Part shown: positions 16,280 to 25,436 of the stretch, in pieces | Layout of the letters: each line of letters opens with the position of its first letter | Numbering within the stretch: the first letter of the stretch is position 1 | Source of the DNA: Planctomycetota bacterium | Lineage (GTDB): Bacteria; Planctomycetota; UBA1135; UBA2386 | Assembly: GCA_016873195.1 (NCBI GenBank) | Contig: VGXW01000001.1 | Span: 4,645 to 68,644, forward strand | DNA length: 64,000 bases | Direction of reading: 5' to 3' | The notes under the pieces: model-generated | Told to the model about the DNA's origin: nothing | Database searches by the model: none | The model's input: only the letters and a program-made list of their open reading frames with translations | Translations under genes and position numbers: made by a program

Positions 16280-16854
16280 TGCTCGAGTCGATCGGGATCC
16301 TGGAGGTCAGCAGCGTGGCGCTGGGCTACCGCGCAGAGGACGCGATGCTGAAGGCGGCGGACGTGCGGGTCCTGCTCGCGCGCACGATCTGTTCGGGCAA
16401 GTTCCTCGTCGTCGTGACCGGCAGCGTCGATCAGGCCACCGCGGCGGTCGACGCCGGCGTCGCGTCGCTGCGCGACGGACTGATCGACCACGCGGTGATC
16501 CCACGCATCCACGGCGACGTGTTCCGGGCGCTGCACCAGTGCGTCGAACTGCAGGTGAAGCCGGCGGCCGAGCGGCAGGCGGCGGTCAAGGCGCTCGGCG
16601 TCGTCGAGACCTTCTCGGCCACCAGCATCCTCGAGGCGGCCGACGCGGCGGCGAAGGCGGCGGCGGTCGCGCTGCTGCGCATCCACCTCGCGATGGCGCT
16701 CGGCGGCAAGGGGATGCTGCTGCTGGCCGGCGCGGTGGCCGACGTGCAGGCCGCGGTCGAGGCGGCGGCGGCGGCGGCCCGCGGCAAGGGGCTGCTGGTC
16801 GCGGCGGTGACGATCCCGGGACCGAGCCGGGAACTGTTCGCCGAGTACGTCTGA
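16279..16854 (+). CDS. pduT: BMC-T tandem-domain shell protein, PduT-like
   Basis: Two Pfam00936-like halves ([29 protein letters not shown]... and [26 protein letters not shown]...). A Cys at residue 38 (RTICSGKF) aligns with the PduT KTICPGKF motif. Confidence 0.85.
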   Translation: MLESIGILEVSSVALGYRAEDAMLKAADVRVLLARTICSGKFLVVVTGSVDQATAAVDAGVASLRDGLIDHAVIPRIHGDVFRALHQCVELQVKPAAERQAAVKALGVVETFSATSILEAADAAAKAAAVALLRIHLAMALGGKGMLLLAGAVADVQAAVEAAAAAARGKGLLVAAVTIPGPSRELFAEYV

Positions 16855-16928
16855 GCAGCCGTTCGACCGCAGTTCCCGGTTGGACGGCGCAGGGTGGCGT
16901 AGACAATGCCGCCCCGCAGCGACCGCTC

Positions 16929-18731
16929 ATGCCCAAGAACCCCGCAACCCCTTCCCCGTCCCGCCTCGTCGGCGCGCTGCCGAAGATCGGCATCCGCCCC
17001 ACCATCGACGGCCGCCGCCGCGGCGTGCGCGAGTCGCTCGAGAAGCAGGTCATGGACCTCGCGCGCGCGACCGCCGCCCTGATCGAGCAGGAGGTGCGGC
17101 ACAGCAGCGGCGAACGCGTGCAGTGCGTGATCGCCGACGCCTGCATCGGCGGCGTGCGCGAGGCGGCCGAGTGCGCGGCGAAGTTCGACGCCGAGGGCGC
17201 CTCTGTGTCGCTGACCGTGACGCCGTGCTGGTGCTACGGCTCGGAGACGATGGACATGGACCCGCTGCGGCCGAAGGCGATCTTCGGCTTCAACGGCACC
17301 GAGCGCCCGGGCGCGGTCTACCTCGCCGCGGTGATGGCCGCGCACGCGCAGAAGGGTCTGCCCGCGTTCGGCATCTACGGCCGCGACGTGCAGGACGCCG
17401 GCGACGAGTCGATCCCCGCCGACGTCAAGGCGAAGATCCTGCGCTTCTGCCGCGCCGGGCTCGCCGTCGCGACGATGCGCGGCAAGAGCTACCTGTCGCT
17501 CGGCGGCACCTCGATGGGCATCGCCGGCTCGGTCGTCGATCCGTCGTTCTTCGAGTCGTGGCTCGGCATGCGCGTCGAGGCCGTCGACATGTCGGAGTTC
17601 GTGCGCCGGCTCGAGGAGGGCATCTTCGACCAGGCCGAGTACTCGCGTGCGATCGCCTGGGTCAAGGCGAACTGCCGCGAGGGCAAGGACTGGAACGCGC
17701 CTGAGCAGGTGCGCAGCCGCGCCCAGCTCGATCGCGAGTGGGAGGTCTCGGTCAAGATGGCGCTGATCGCGCGCGACCTCATGGTCGGCAACCCGGCCCT
17801 CGCGGCGAAGGGCTTCGAGGAGGAGGCGATGGGGCGCAACGCGCTGTGCGCGGGTTTCCAGGGCCAGCGCCACTGGACCGACCACTTCCCGAACGGCGAC
17901 TTCATGGAGGCGATCCTGTGCTCGTCGTTCGACTGGAACGGCATCCGCGCGCCGTTCGTGCTGGCGACCGAGAACGACAGCCTGAACGGCGCCTGCATGA
18001 TGTTCGGCAAGCTGCTGACCGGCACCGCGCAGGTGTTCTCCGACGTGCGCACCTACTGGAGCGCGGCCGCGGTCGAGCGCGTCGCCGGCCACGCGCTCGG
18101 CGGGGTCGCTGCCGGCGGGCTGCTGCACCTCAAGAACTCGGGCCCGACCGCGCTCGACGCGACGGGCCGGCAGAGCCGCGGCGGCAAGCCGGTCATGAAG
18201 CCGTTCTGGGAGATCACGCCCGCCGAGGTCGAGGACTGCCTGAAGCACACACGGTGGCATCCGTCGATCACCGAGTACTTCCGCGGCGGCGGCTGGTCGA
18301 CGAGCTTCCTGACGCCGGGCGGCATGCCGCTGACGATGTCGCGCATCAACCTCGTCAAGGGGCTGGGGCCGGCGCTGCAGATCGCCGAGGGCTGGTCCCA
18401 CAAACTGCCCGAGAAGGTGCACCGCGTGCTCGACGAGCGCACGAACGCGACCTGGCCGACGACGTGGTTCGCGCCGCGCTGCACGGGGGCTGGCGTGTGG
18501 ACCGATGCGTATTCGGTGATGAACGCGTGGGGCGCCAACCACGGCGCGATCTGCTACGGCCACGTCGGCGCCGACCTGATCACGCTGGCGGCGCTGCTGC
18601 GCATCCCGGTGTTCATGCACAACGTGCCGGAAGGCGATGTCTTCCGGCCCGGCACGTGGAACGCGTTCGGCACCGCGGATCCCGAGGGCGCCGACTTCCG
18701 AGCGTGCCAGGCGCTCGGGCCGCTCTACTGA
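16929..18731 (+). CDS. fucI: L-fucose isomerase
   Basis: 600-aa protein ([21 protein letters not shown]...TENDSLNG...[11 protein letters not shown]) with full-length resemblance to FucI. Confidence 0.9.
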   Translation: MPKNPATPSPSRLVGALPKIGIRPTIDGRRRGVRESLEKQVMDLARATAALIEQEVRHSSGERVQCVIADACIGGVREAAECAAKFDAEGASVSLTVTPCWCYGSETMDMDPLRPKAIFGFNGTERPGAVYLAAVMAAHAQKGLPAFGIYGRDVQDAGDESIPADVKAKILRFCRAGLAVATMRGKSYLSLGGTSMGIAGSVVDPSFFESWLGMRVEAVDMSEFVRRLEEGIFDQAEYSRAIAWVKANCREGKDWNAPEQVRSRAQLDREWEVSVKMALIARDLMVGNPALAAKGFEEEAMGRNALCAGFQGQRHWTDHFPNGDFMEAILCSSFDWNGIRAPFVLATENDSLNGACMMFGKLLTGTAQVFSDVRTYWSAAAVERVAGHALGGVAAGGLLHLKNSGPTALDATGRQSRGGKPVMKPFWEITPAEVEDCLKHTRWHPSITEYFRGGGWSTSFLTPGGMPLTMSRINLVKGLGPALQIAEGWSHKLPEKVHRVLDERTNATWPTTWFAPRCTGAGVWTDAYSVMNAWGANHGAICYGHVGADLITLAALLRIPVFMHNVPEGDVFRPGTWNAFGTADPEGADFRACQALGPLY

Positions 18732-18823
18732 GGTCTGGACCGCCGCAACGCGGCGACCTGCAACGGACGAAGCCACGCACGCGGGCGCCGCTGCGGCGGT
18801 TTCCATTGAGGCCTGCGCCGTCC

Positions 18824-18845
18824 TCGCCGCCCGACTCGGCGGCGA
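18824..18845. terminator. GC hairpin between convergent fucI and kinase genes (weak terminator candidate)
   Basis: tcGCCGCCcgactcGGCGGCga forms an 8-bp stem with a 6-nt loop. There is no U-tract on either strand. Confidence 0.2.
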
Positions 18846-18850
18846 ACACC

Positions 18851-20350
18851 TCAACCGGCTGACAGTGCACAGAAGCGCGCAAACGCCTCGTCCCAGCGCG
18901 CGCCGTCTTCCAGCCGCGGCGTGAACACCTGCGGCGCGAAGCTCGCGCGCGCGACGGCGCGGATGTCGGCCTGATCGCGCAGCGCGCCGAGGCCCATCGC
19001 CTGCACGAGCACGTTGCCGGCGGCGGTCGCCTCGAACGGGCCGACGACCACCTTGCGGCCCGTCGCGTCGGCGGTCAGCTGGTTCAGGAGCGCGTTCTGC
19101 GCGCCGCCGCCGACGACGTGCAGCACCGCGAAGCGGCGGCCGAGGATCTGCTCGAGCTGGGCGAGCGTGCGGCGGTAGGCGAGCGCGAGGCTGTCGAGGC
19201 AGCAGCGCACTAGGGCGCCGGGGTCGCCGGGCACGGGCTGGCCCGTGCGTGCGGCGAAGGCGCGGATCTTGTCGATCATGGCGCCCGGGGTCATGAACTC
19301 GCCCTGGCTGCCGTCGACGAGCGTGACGAGCGGCGGCGCGGCGGCGGCGAGCGCCTGCAGCGCCGGGTAGTCGTAGGCCTCGCCCTGCTGCTCGAGCTGG
19401 CGCCGCGTCTCCTGCACGAGCCAGAGCCCGCAGATGATCTTCAGGAAGCGGATGCGGCCGTGCAGCGCGCCTTCGTTGGTGAACGGCGCCCGGCGCGCGG
19501 CCTCGGTCAGGCACGGCCGGTCGATCTCGGCGCCGAGCAGCGACCACGTGCCGCTGCTGAGGTAGCACCAGTCGGCCCACGGTTCGGCCGGCACCGCGGC
19601 GACGGCCGAGGCGGTGTCGTGCGCGGCCGGGGCGACGACCTGCACGCTGCGCTCGAGGCCCGTGCGGTCGGCGACCGCCGGCAGCAGCGGGCCGAGCACC
19701 GTGCCGGGCGCCACGATCTCGCCGAGCAGGTCGGTGCGCAGCCCGCAGCGCTCGACGAGGCCCTTGTGCCAGGTGCCCGTGCGCGGGTCGAGCAGCTGGC
19801 TCGTCGACGCGATCGTCGCCTCGACCACGGTGCGCCCCGACAGCCGCGCGTGCAGCAGGTCCGGCACGAACAGCAGCCGGTGCGCGCGCCGCAGCAGTTC
19901 CGGTTCGGCATCGCGCTGGGCGACGAGCTGGAACAGCGTGTTGAACGGCATGCGCTGGTTGCCGGTGGCGGCGTAGAGCGCTTCTTCGCCGAGTTCTGCG
20001 ACCACCTTGGCCATCGCCTTCTCGTTGCGCGGGTCGCGGTAGGCCCGCGGTGCCGCGAGCAGTTCGCCGCGCGCATCGACGAGGCCGTAGTCGACGCCCC
20101 AGGTGTCGACGCCGACCGACACGACGGGGGCGTTGCGTTCGCGCGCCCACGCACCGGCCTTGCCGAGCCCGGTCTCGATCTCCTGCCAGAGCACGCCGAC
20201 GTCCCACGTGAGCCCACCCGGCACCGCCACGGTGCGGTTCGGGAAACGGTGCAGCTCGGTGAGCTCGAGATGGTCACCGGCGAGCTCTCCGGCGATGGCG
20301 CGGCCCGATTCGGCGCCGAGGTCGATCGCGACGTGGATGCGGGCGGTCAT
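18851..20350 (-). CDS. rhaB: FGGY-family sugar kinase, rhamnulokinase-like (rhamnulose/fuculose kinase)
   Basis: MTARIHVAIDLGAESGRAIAG...VGVDTWGVDYGLVD...NTLFQL...VVGGGAQNALLNQLTADATG is a RhaB-type FGGY pattern. Confidence 0.8.
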   Translation of the reverse strand: MTARIHVAIDLGAESGRAIAGELAGDHLELTELHRFPNRTVAVPGGLTWDVGVLWQEIETGLGKAGAWARERNAPVVSVGVDTWGVDYGLVDARGELLAAPRAYRDPRNEKAMAKVVAELGEEALYAATGNQRMPFNTLFQLVAQRDAEPELLRRAHRLLFVPDLLHARLSGRTVVEATIASTSQLLDPRTGTWHKGLVERCGLRTDLLGEIVAPGTVLGPLLPAVADRTGLERSVQVVAPAAHDTASAVAAVPAEPWADWCYLSSGTWSLLGAEIDRPCLTEAARRAPFTNEGALHGRIRFLKIICGLWLVQETRRQLEQQGEAYDYPALQALAAAAPPLVTLVDGSQGEFMTPGAMIDKIRAFAARTGQPVPGDPGALVRCCLDSLALAYRRTLAQLEQILGRRFAVLHVVGGGAQNALLNQLTADATGRKVVVGPFEATAAGNVLVQAMGLGALRDQADIRAVARASFAPQVFTPRLEDGARWDEAFARFCALSAG

Positions 20351-20403
20351 GGCAGCGGACGTGCCGCGACTCTACTGCGGCCCGCGTCGCCGGGCGACGG
20401 CGC

Positions 20404-21846
20404 TCAGCGCTGGTGATCGACGAGGCGCAGCAGCCAGGCGGGCAACCAGGCGAACGCGCAGCCGTGCGGCAGGCCGGCGAGTTCGCTCGCACCGCGCGGC
20501 CGCAGCTGGCGGGGGCGACCCGACCAGGCGTGCTCGCGCACGGCCGGCGCCGCGCCGCGATCGCCGCAGGCCCGCAGCAGGGCGACCCGCGCGGCCGGGG
20601 CGGCGACGCGGCCCAGGCGTCCGAGCAGCGCAGCGCGTTCGCGGTCGCCGCCGGCGCGTGCGAGCGCGCGGCAGAGCAGTTCGGCATCGGCCTCGTCCCC
20701 GCGGCGGGCCAGCACGTCGGCGGCGCGTTCGCGCACGGCGGCGTCGGCGTCGCCGAGCAGGATCTCGCGCAGGTACGGCAGCGCTTGCCCGCCGGCCATG
20801 CCGAGCACGTCGACCGCGGCGAGGCGCAGCGCGGGATCGGCCCTGCCGTCGTTCAGCGCGAGCCGCGCGCGAACCGGCGCGGTGGAATCGCCGGCGATCT
20901 GCTGCGCGAGCAGCCAGAACGGCGGCTCGGCGAGGTTGTGTTGCCGCAGACTGGCCGCGCGCAGCACCTCGACAACGTCCGCGCGGCCGCTGGCCTGCGC
21001 GTGCACGGCGTAACCGAGGGCCCAGACCGCGCGCAGCGCGGGATCGGCGAAGCCGTCCTTCACGAGCGATCCGAACTCGGGGTGCGCGACGCTCGCCAGC
21101 ACGGTGTGCGCGCGCTGCACGGGCGCGGCGCCGCGCAGCGCCTGCTGCAGCTCGGTCGGCGACAGTGCGCCGCGCTCGACCGCGAGTTCGTGCGCGCAGA
21201 GCCGCAGCGCATCCGGTCCCTTGGTCAGCAGCGCACGCAGCGCCGCGGCGAGGTCGCACGGCGCCTGCACCGGCGCGGCGCAGGCCATGGCCATCGTCGC
21301 GCGCTCCTTGCCGGCAGCCAGCCAGCCGGCGGCGATCTCGGCCAGCACGTCGCCGGCGAGCAGCAGGTCGGCGGCGCAGAGCGCGTCGCGCAGCCCGGGC
21401 TCGGCGCTGTTGCGGGCGAGCCGGCGCAGCTCGGTGCTGTCGCCGAGGCCGTCGCTCTTCGCCGCCATGCCGAAGGCGAGGGCGGCGAGTTGTCGTTCGC
21501 TGAGCGGTCGGGCAGCGTCCATCGCCTGCACGAGCAGGAACCGCGCCGGGGCACCGCCGTGTTCGCCGAGCCCGAGCAGCGCGGTACTGCGCACGGCCGG
21601 CGACGGATCGTCGAGTGCGGCGGCCAGCAGGGGCAGACCACCCTCGATCGGCCCGGCGCAGCCGAGCGCGAACAGCGCGCCGGCGCGGTCGATCTCGTCG
21701 CCGTGCTGCGCCGCTTCGTGCAGCAGCCGGCGCGTGGCGGTGACGGTGGTCGTGTGCACGTGCACGGTCACCTCGGGGTGGGGCGCGCTGGGCGGCCGCT
21801 CCGGCACCGGCAGCCAGCGCGCGCGGTTCCACTCCCACCACGACAT
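20404..21846 (-). CDS. HEAT-repeat protein (PBS-lyase/CpcE-F-like HEAT repeats)
   Basis: 480-aa Ala/Leu-rich ORF with recurring D(P/A)xxxVRxxAxxxLG units (DDPSPAVRSTALLGLGEHG; DADAAVRERAADVLARRGD). There is no enzymatic motif. Confidence 0.55.
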   Translation of the reverse strand: MSWWEWNRARWLPVPERPPSAPHPEVTVHVHTTTVTATRRLLHEAAQHGDEIDRAGALFALGCAGPIEGGLPLLAAALDDPSPAVRSTALLGLGEHGGAPARFLLVQAMDAARPLSERQLAALAFGMAAKSDGLGDSTELRRLARNSAEPGLRDALCAADLLLAGDVLAEIAAGWLAAGKERATMAMACAAPVQAPCDLAAALRALLTKGPDALRLCAHELAVERGALSPTELQQALRGAAPVQRAHTVLASVAHPEFGSLVKDGFADPALRAVWALGYAVHAQASGRADVVEVLRAASLRQHNLAEPPFWLLAQQIAGDSTAPVRARLALNDGRADPALRLAAVDVLGMAGGQALPYLREILLGDADAAVRERAADVLARRGDEADAELLCRALARAGGDRERAALLGRLGRVAAPAARVALLRACGDRGAAPAVREHAWSGRPRQLRPRGASELAGLPHGCAFAWLPAWLLRLVDHQR

Positions 21847-21888
21847 CGCGACCTCGCACGGAGTCGCTGGGATACCGCGGAGACCGCG

Positions 21889-22074
21889 TCAACCCTCGGA
21901 CGGCCCGTGGTTCTCGAACCGCATGCGGGCGCGCCAGTCGACGGCGAGCGGTGGCGCCACGGGCGCCGGCAGGATGCGCTGCGCGGCGGCCGAAGTGGCG
22001 AGCAGGAGCCCGCCGAACGCGGCGCACAGCGCGCGGCGGCGGGGGTCCGAGAGGAGGGTCGGGCAGGTGGGCAT
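21889..22074 (-). CDS. Possible small secreted protein
   Basis: 61-aa ORF with an RRR...FGGLLLATSAAAQ signal-like N-terminus, 42 nt upstream of the HEAT gene on the same strand. There is no obvious RBS. Confidence 0.25.
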   Translation of the reverse strand: MPTCPTLLSDPRRRALCAAFGGLLLATSAAAQRILPAPVAPPLAVDWRARMRFENHGPSEG

Positions 22075-22154
22075 GGCGGGCCGTTCGCAAGGCCCGTGCC
22101 TTCGGCCCGCCGGAGCCCGGCCGCCGCTCGCCGCGTTGCCGCGGATCGCGACGC

Positions 22155-22170
22155 GTTACCGTGCGGTAAC
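22155..22170. promoter_or_regulatory. Perfect 7+7 inverted repeat in a divergent intergenic region
   Basis: GTTACCGtgCGGTAAC lies between the minus-strand small ORF/HEAT gene and the plus-strand CpcT-like gene. Confidence 0.3.
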
Positions 22171-22243
22171 GAGGTCCGTGCGCTCGCGCCCCCGGGACCG
22201 GCGAACCGCTCGTGCGGCGGCCGCCGCGGGATACCTTCCCCCG

Positions 22244-22750
22244 ATGCGCAGTTGCGCGCTGCTGGCCTTCGCCGCGCCGTTCGCGTTCCTGCCTTCCTGC
22301 CGCGCGGCGCCCGCGGCCGAAGTCGCTGGCTTGCTCGCGGGTTCCTGTTCCAGCGCCGAGCAGGCGAAGTTGGACCCCGAGTTCTTCGAGGTGCACCTGC
22401 ACATGCCGCGCACCTGGCCGGACCGCATCGATGGACAGTGGCTCTCCGTCGAGCAGGCGATGGCGACCGCGCTCGACGAGCCGTACCGCCAGCGCATCTG
22501 CTGCGTCACGCCCGCCGGCGACGGGGCCGTGCTGAGTTCGGTGTTCGAGCTGCCGAACGCCGCCGCGCGCGGTACAGCGCTGCGATACGAACGAACGGCT
22601 CTGCCAGGGGACCCCTGTGGCAGCGTAGCTGCCGCCGCGGTGAGCGCGCCGGGCGCCACCAGCTTCGCCCTGATGCGGCGTCTGCGGATCCGCACCGCGT
22701 TTGCTTTCGACCAGCACTTCGCACAGGCTGGCTTCCGGCTGCTCGGCTGA
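22244..22750 (+). CDS. CpcT/CpeT (DUF1001)-like lipoprotein
   Basis: ATG 22244 lies inside a long artefactual ORF. The signal/lipobox is LLAFAAPFAFLPSC. VAGLLAGSCSSAEQAKLDPEFFEVHLHM and GQWLSVEQAMATALDEPYRQRICCV parallel the cyanobacterial CpcT motifs (W..GDFSNQAQA...; VEQAY....DPYR.RV). The C-terminal half is divergent or short. Confidence 0.5.
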   Translation: MRSCALLAFAAPFAFLPSCRAAPAAEVAGLLAGSCSSAEQAKLDPEFFEVHLHMPRTWPDRIDGQWLSVEQAMATALDEPYRQRICCVTPAGDGAVLSSVFELPNAAARGTALRYERTALPGDPCGSVAAAAVSAPGATSFALMRRLRIRTAFAFDQHFAQAGFRLLG

Positions 22751-22806
22751 CCGGCTCCGGGTTCGCCCCGGTCGACGGCTGGCCCGGGTGCGGCCATCAT
22801 GCCCGC

Positions 22807-25362
22807 ATGACGCATCTGGTTCCGGCCTCGCTGCCGCCCACCCGTTCCCGGTTCGCGTGCGCGCTGTCGGCCACCTTGCTGTCCGCGGTCGCCGCCGCGC
22901 AGTGCGGCCTGCAGCCCGCGCCCGGCCTCGGCCCGGCCGGCCTCGACACGCAGGTCAACGCCGCGGTGGCCTGGGACCCCGACGGCCCAGGCCCGCGGCC
23001 GGCGGTGCTCGTGTGCGCTGGCTACTTCACCCTGGCCGGCAGGGTGCCCGCGTCGCGCATCGCGGCCTGGGATCCGGTCACGGGGCAGTGGTCGCAGCTC
23101 GGGCCCGGCCTGGACAACACGGTGTTCGCGCTCGCGGTGCTGCCGGGCGGCGACCTCGTCGCGGGCGGCTACTTCACCGACGCGGGCGGCAGCGGAGCGA
23201 ACTCCATCGCGCGCTGGGACGGCAGCAGCTGGGGGCCGCTCGGCGCCGGCACCGACGGCGGCGTGTTCGCACTGTGCGTGACCCCGAACGGCGATCTGGT
23301 CGCCGGCGGCCGCTTCACGACGGCGGGCGGCGTCGCGGCGGCCAACATCGCGCGCTGGGACGGGAACGTCTGGTCGGCCCTCGGTGCCGGCGTCGACGAC
23401 GACGTGATGGCGCTCTGCGCTCGCCCGAACGGCGACGTGTTCGCGGGCGGCCGCATGACCCAGGCGGGTGGCGTCGCCGTGTCCTACGTCGCGCGCTGGA
23501 ACGGCAGCACGTGGTCGTCGCCCGGCGGCGGCGTCGACGCGCAGGTGCGCGCGCTGCGCACGCTGCCGAACGGCGACGTCGTGTGCGGCGGGTTCTTCTA
23601 CCACGCGGGCGGCACGCCGGCCTCGTTCGTCGCGCGCTGGAACGGCGCCGCGTGGGCGCCGCTCGGTGCTGGCATGCCCGGCTGGGTGTTCGCGTTCGCG
23701 GTGCGGCCGAACGGCAACCTGGTCGCCGGCGGCTACAACTGCCTGCGCGAATGGAACGGCGCCACGTGGTCCGGCCTCGGCGGCAGCGCGGTCGTCGCCG
23801 GCTCGGTCGGCGCTCTCGCGGAATCGCCGAACGGCGAACTCGCCGCGGGCGGCAGCTTCTTCGAACTCGCCGGCGCAGCGGCGGACCACGTCGCGATCTG
23901 GAACGGCACCTCGTGGCGTGCCACCGCGGCCGGCACCAACGCGCCGCTGTCCGCCCTGGCCGCGCACCCGGGCGGCGGCGTGATCGCCGGCGGGTACTTC
24001 ACCACGATCGAGGGCGTCGCCGCCAACCGGGTGGCGCGCTGGCACGGCGCGTCGTGGTCCCCGCTCGGCGCGGGCCTCGGCGGCCCGGCGCTGGCGCTCG
24101 CGGTGCGGCCGAACGGCGACGTGGTCGCCGGCGGGGGCTTCTCGAGCGCGGGCGGCGTGCCGGCGATCAACATCGCGGTCTGGGACGGTGCCGCGTGGTC
24201 GGCGCTCGGCGCCGGCCTCGACGGCACGGTCGCGGCCCTCGCCGCGCTGCCGAACGGCGACGTCGTCGCGGGCGGCTGGTTCTACAACGCCGGCTCGGTG
24301 CCCGCGCGCGGCCTCGCGCGCTGGAACGGCTCGACGTGGAGCGCGATCGGCGGCGGCCTGTCGACCAGCATCTTCCTGTCCATCTCCGTGAGTGCGCTCG
24401 CGGTGCTGCCGAACGGCGACCTCGTCGTCGCGGGCTCGTTCCAGTTCGCCGGCGGCCTGCCCGTGAACAACGTCGCGCGCTGGGACGGTTCCTCGTGGCA
24501 CGCGCTCGGCGGCGGTCTGCCGCAGGGCTTCTTCGGCGGTTCGGCGCGCGCGCTCGCGGCGCTGCCGGACGGCGATCTCGTGGCGGCCGGCAGCCTCAAC
24601 GTCGCGACGCCGAACGGTATCGCCGCAGGCCTCGCCCGGTGGGACGGCGCTGCGTGGTGGCCGCTCGGCAGCGGCCTCCCCGGCTTCGTCGAGGCGCTCT
24701 GCGTGCTGCCCGACGGCGACCTGGTCGCCGGTGGGCTGTTCACGTCGGCGGGTGGCGCGCCCGCGGTGAACCTCGCGCGCTGGGACGGCGCTGCCTGGTC
24801 GGGCCTCGCCGGCGGCACGGCGGGCTACAACGCCAGCACCGGCGACGTCGCCGCGATCGCGATGGCCAGCAACGGCGACCTCGTGCTCGGCGGCTCCTTC
24901 ACGCGCGTCGGCTCGGTGGTCGCGGCGCACGTCGCGCGGCTCGTGCCGGGCTGCCCGGCGAACGCGGTGGGGGCCGGGGCCGGCTGCCGGAGCTCGGGCG
25001 GCAACAACGCGCTCACCGTGCGCGTGCTGCCGTGGGCCGGCGGTGTCTGTCGCACGCGCGGCACGGGCATGGCGCCGGCCGCGGTCGTCGCGATCGCCAC
25101 CGGCTTCCTGCCGATCTCGCTGCCGCTCAGCGCGCTGTCGCCGCTCGCCGGACCCGGCTGCACCCTGCACACCACGGTCGAGGTGGTCGAGTACGGCCTC
25201 TGCGCGGGCGGTCTCGACTACGCGTTCTTCGTGCCCGACGCGCCCGCGCTGGTCGGCGTGCAGTTCGTGCAACAGATGCTCGCCGCCGAGTTCGACACGA
25301 GCCTGCAGTTCACGTCGCTGACGGCGACCGACGCCGTGCGGATGACGATCGGTTCCCTGTAG
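22807..25362 (+). CDS. Secreted tandem-repeat (beta-propeller-like, delta-60-repeat-like) protein with a distinct C-terminal domain
   Basis: ATG 22807 lies inside track ORF 20413..25362. The signal peptide is ACALSATLLSAVAAAQC. There are 13 units of about 47 aa with consensus ARW(D/N)GxxWxxLGxGxxxxVxALxxLPNGDLVAGGxFTxAGGxxAxx. Confidence 0.75.
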   Translation: MTHLVPASLPPTRSRFACALSATLLSAVAAAQCGLQPAPGLGPAGLDTQVNAAVAWDPDGPGPRPAVLVCAGYFTLAGRVPASRIAAWDPVTGQWSQLGPGLDNTVFALAVLPGGDLVAGGYFTDAGGSGANSIARWDGSSWGPLGAGTDGGVFALCVTPNGDLVAGGRFTTAGGVAAANIARWDGNVWSALGAGVDDDVMALCARPNGDVFAGGRMTQAGGVAVSYVARWNGSTWSSPGGGVDAQVRALRTLPNGDVVCGGFFYHAGGTPASFVARWNGAAWAPLGAGMPGWVFAFAVRPNGNLVAGGYNCLREWNGATWSGLGGSAVVAGSVGALAESPNGELAAGGSFFELAGAAADHVAIWNGTSWRATAAGTNAPLSALAAHPGGGVIAGGYFTTIEGVAANRVARWHGASWSPLGAGLGGPALALAVRPNGDVVAGGGFSSAGGVPAINIAVWDGAAWSALGAGLDGTVAALAALPNGDVVAGGWFYNAGSVPARGLARWNGSTWSAIGGGLSTSIFLSISVSALAVLPNGDLVVAGSFQFAGGLPVNNVARWDGSSWHALGGGLPQGFFGGSARALAALPDGDLVAAGSLNVATPNGIAAGLARWDGAAWWPLGSGLPGFVEALCVLPDGDLVAGGLFTSAGGAPAVNLARWDGAAWSGLAGGTAGYNASTGDVAAIAMASNGDLVLGGSFTRVGSVVAAHVARLVPGCPANAVGAGAGCRSSGGNNALTVRVLPWAGGVCRTRGTGMAPAAVVAIATGFLPISLPLSALSPLAGPGCTLHTTVEVVEYGLCAGGLDYAFFVPDAPALVGVQFVQQMLAAEFDTSLQFTSLTATDAVRMTIGSL
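23059..24930 (+). repeat. Coding tandem repeat array, about 13 x roughly 141 nt
   Basis: The repeats are read from the translation (IAAWDP..., IARWDGSSW..., IARWDGNVW..., VARWNGSTW... through LARWDGAAWSGL...). Unit lengths vary from 38 to 53 aa. Confidence 0.8.
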
Positions 25363-25368
25363 CCGGGG

Positions 25369-25401
25369 GCCGGGGCGGCTCGGGCCCGGGTCATCCCCGG
25401 C
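25369..25401. terminator. Nested GC hairpin between convergent genes (weak bidirectional terminator candidate)
   Basis: GCCGGGG...CCCCGGC arms enclose the palindrome CGGGCCCG. There is no U-tract. Confidence 0.25.
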
Positions 25402-25436
25402 GCGCCGCGCACCGCCGGTGGCGGCTGCCCGGCGCG

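Noticed and set aside
16431-20207. 1258-aa minus-strand ORF spanning the PduT, FucI and kinase region
   Set aside because: It is antisense to FucI, which shows full-length homology, and out of frame with the FGGY kinase. Its composition is dominated by R/A/G/P.
20413-22806. N-terminal 798 aa of the 1649-aa plus-strand ORF 20413..25362
   Set aside because: Upstream of ATG 22807 the translation is low-complexity and antisense to the HEAT-repeat gene. A signal peptide begins exactly at 22807.
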